64,000 bases of DNA, taken from assembly GCA_963674945.2 (NCBI GenBank), contig CAXXWQ010000004.1:1792001-1856000 (forward strand), in the 5' to 3' direction. Origin of the DNA: an uncultured Desulfosarcina sp. GTDB taxonomy: Bacteria > Desulfobacterota > Desulfobacteria > Desulfobacterales > Desulfosarcinaceae. The notes under the pieces were generated by a model. The model saw nothing but the letters and a program-made list of their open reading frames with translations. It ran no database searches and had not been told where the DNA came from. Positions 62,197 through 64,000 of this stretch are shown one piece after another; positions within the stretch are counted from its first letter, which is position 1, and each line of letters opens with the position of its first letter. The translations under genes and the position numbers were made by a program.

Positions 62197-62826
62197 TTAC
62201 GCGTACAGGACTTTGTTAATCGTTACCAATTCCGAACGGCTACCGGGCACGGGGCCTTTCAGGAGAATGAGGTTCTCTTCGGGGCGGATATCGACGATTT
62301 CCATATTTCGAACCGTTTTGGTTTCCAGGCCGTATTGCCCCGGCATCCGTTTTCCCTTGATGACCTTTGAAGGCCAGGCACTGCACCCGATGGAACCGGG
62401 GACCCGATGGTTCTTACAGCCGTGGGTCTGTCGTCCGCCACCGAACCCATGACGTTTCATGACGCCGGAAAAACCGCGCCCCTTGGTCTTTCCCGTGACG
62501 TTCACCTTCTCGCCGACGGCAAATATTTCAGCACCTACCGTTTGCCCCAACGTATAAGCGTCGGGATCATCCACACCCACCTCTTTCAAGGTGGAAAAGC
62601 AACTTCCACCACTTTTTTGAAAGTGTCCCTTGAGTGGCTTGGTGGTATTTTTTTCCTTTTTGGTGCCGAATCCCAACTGGAGCGCTTTGTAACCATCCGT
62701 CTGGTCCTTTTTTATTTGCGTGACCACACAGGGGCCAACCTGCAAAACGGTGACGGGAACATACTGTCCGTTGGGTGCGAACACAGAGGTCATACCCAGT
62801 TTTTTTCCTATCAATCCTTTACACAT
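62197..62826 (-). CDS. rplC: 50S ribosomal protein L3
   Basis: GKKLGMT, KGRGFSGVMKR; start at MCKG. Confidence 0.98.
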   Translation of the reverse strand: MCKGLIGKKLGMTSVFAPNGQYVPVTVLQVGPCVVTQIKKDQTDGYKALQLGFGTKKEKNTTKPLKGHFQKSGGSCFSTLKEVGVDDPDAYTLGQTVGAEIFAVGEKVNVTGKTKGRGFSGVMKRHGFGGGRQTHGCKNHRVPGSIGCSAWPSKVIKGKRMPGQYGLETKTVRNMEIVDIRPEENLILLKGPVPGSRSELVTINKVLYA

Positions 62827-62842
62827 CGTTACGAATCCCGTG

Positions 62843-63154
62843 TTACAGTTTGATCTCCACGTCGACACCGGGAGAAAGATCAAGCTTCATGAGCGCGTCT
62901 ACGGTTTGTTGCGTCGGCTCGAGAATATCGAGCAATCGCTTATGAGTCCGCATTTCGAACTGCTCCCGGGATTTTTTATCCACATGGGGCGAACGAAGGA
63001 CACAATATTTGTTGATTTTGGTCGGCAGTGGAATTGGCCCGACAACCTTTGCACCGGTTTTGCGCGCAGTGTCGAAAATATCGTTGGCCGATTGATCCAA
63101 AAGCTTATGATCATATGCCTTGAGCCGGATTCTGATCTTGGAGTTCATTATCAT
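62843..63154 (-). CDS. rpsJ: 30S ribosomal protein S10
   Basis: [17 protein letters not shown]. Confidence 0.98.
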   Translation of the reverse strand: MIMNSKIRIRLKAYDHKLLDQSANDIFDTARKTGAKVVGPIPLPTKINKYCVLRSPHVDKKSREQFEMRTHKRLLDILEPTQQTVDALMKLDLSPGVDVEIKL

Positions 63155-63171
63155 TGTTGTCGACTCTTTCT

Positions 63172-64000
<829 letters not shown>

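Overview
Deltaproteobacterial (Desulfobacterota-like, by inference from gene content) chromosome segment. Positions 1-39220 hold two related Mu/B3-like transposable prophages in direct tandem, separated by TCAGGA (15901-15906). The same hexamer recurs immediately after the second copy (39221-39226). Copy 1 (1-15900) runs off the left edge into its late genes. Copy 2 (about 15907-39220) keeps both ends, transposase and ATPase, but has lost its late region at an IS junction and carries three metabolic genes at one end. The early backbones are near-identical except for three discrete divergent modules: repressor HTH plus its operator pair, the ATPase N-terminus, and part of a DUF3102-like protein. 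Each copy has different AT-rich, defence-like cargo next to the repressor-side end. The copy 2 cargo contains attC-like hairpins and is hit by two more IS elements. Both repressors end in an Arg-rich tail resembling c-di-GMP-binding repeats and sit next to a ClpX zinc-finger fusion gene. Positions 39221-64000 are host DNA: thioesterase, glutaconyl-CoA decarboxylase alpha-like gene, a branched-chain amino acid-type ABC transporter, a response regulator, and the S10-spc-alpha ribosomal protein cluster up to a partial tuf. Family assignments are from motif recognition only; no searches were run.
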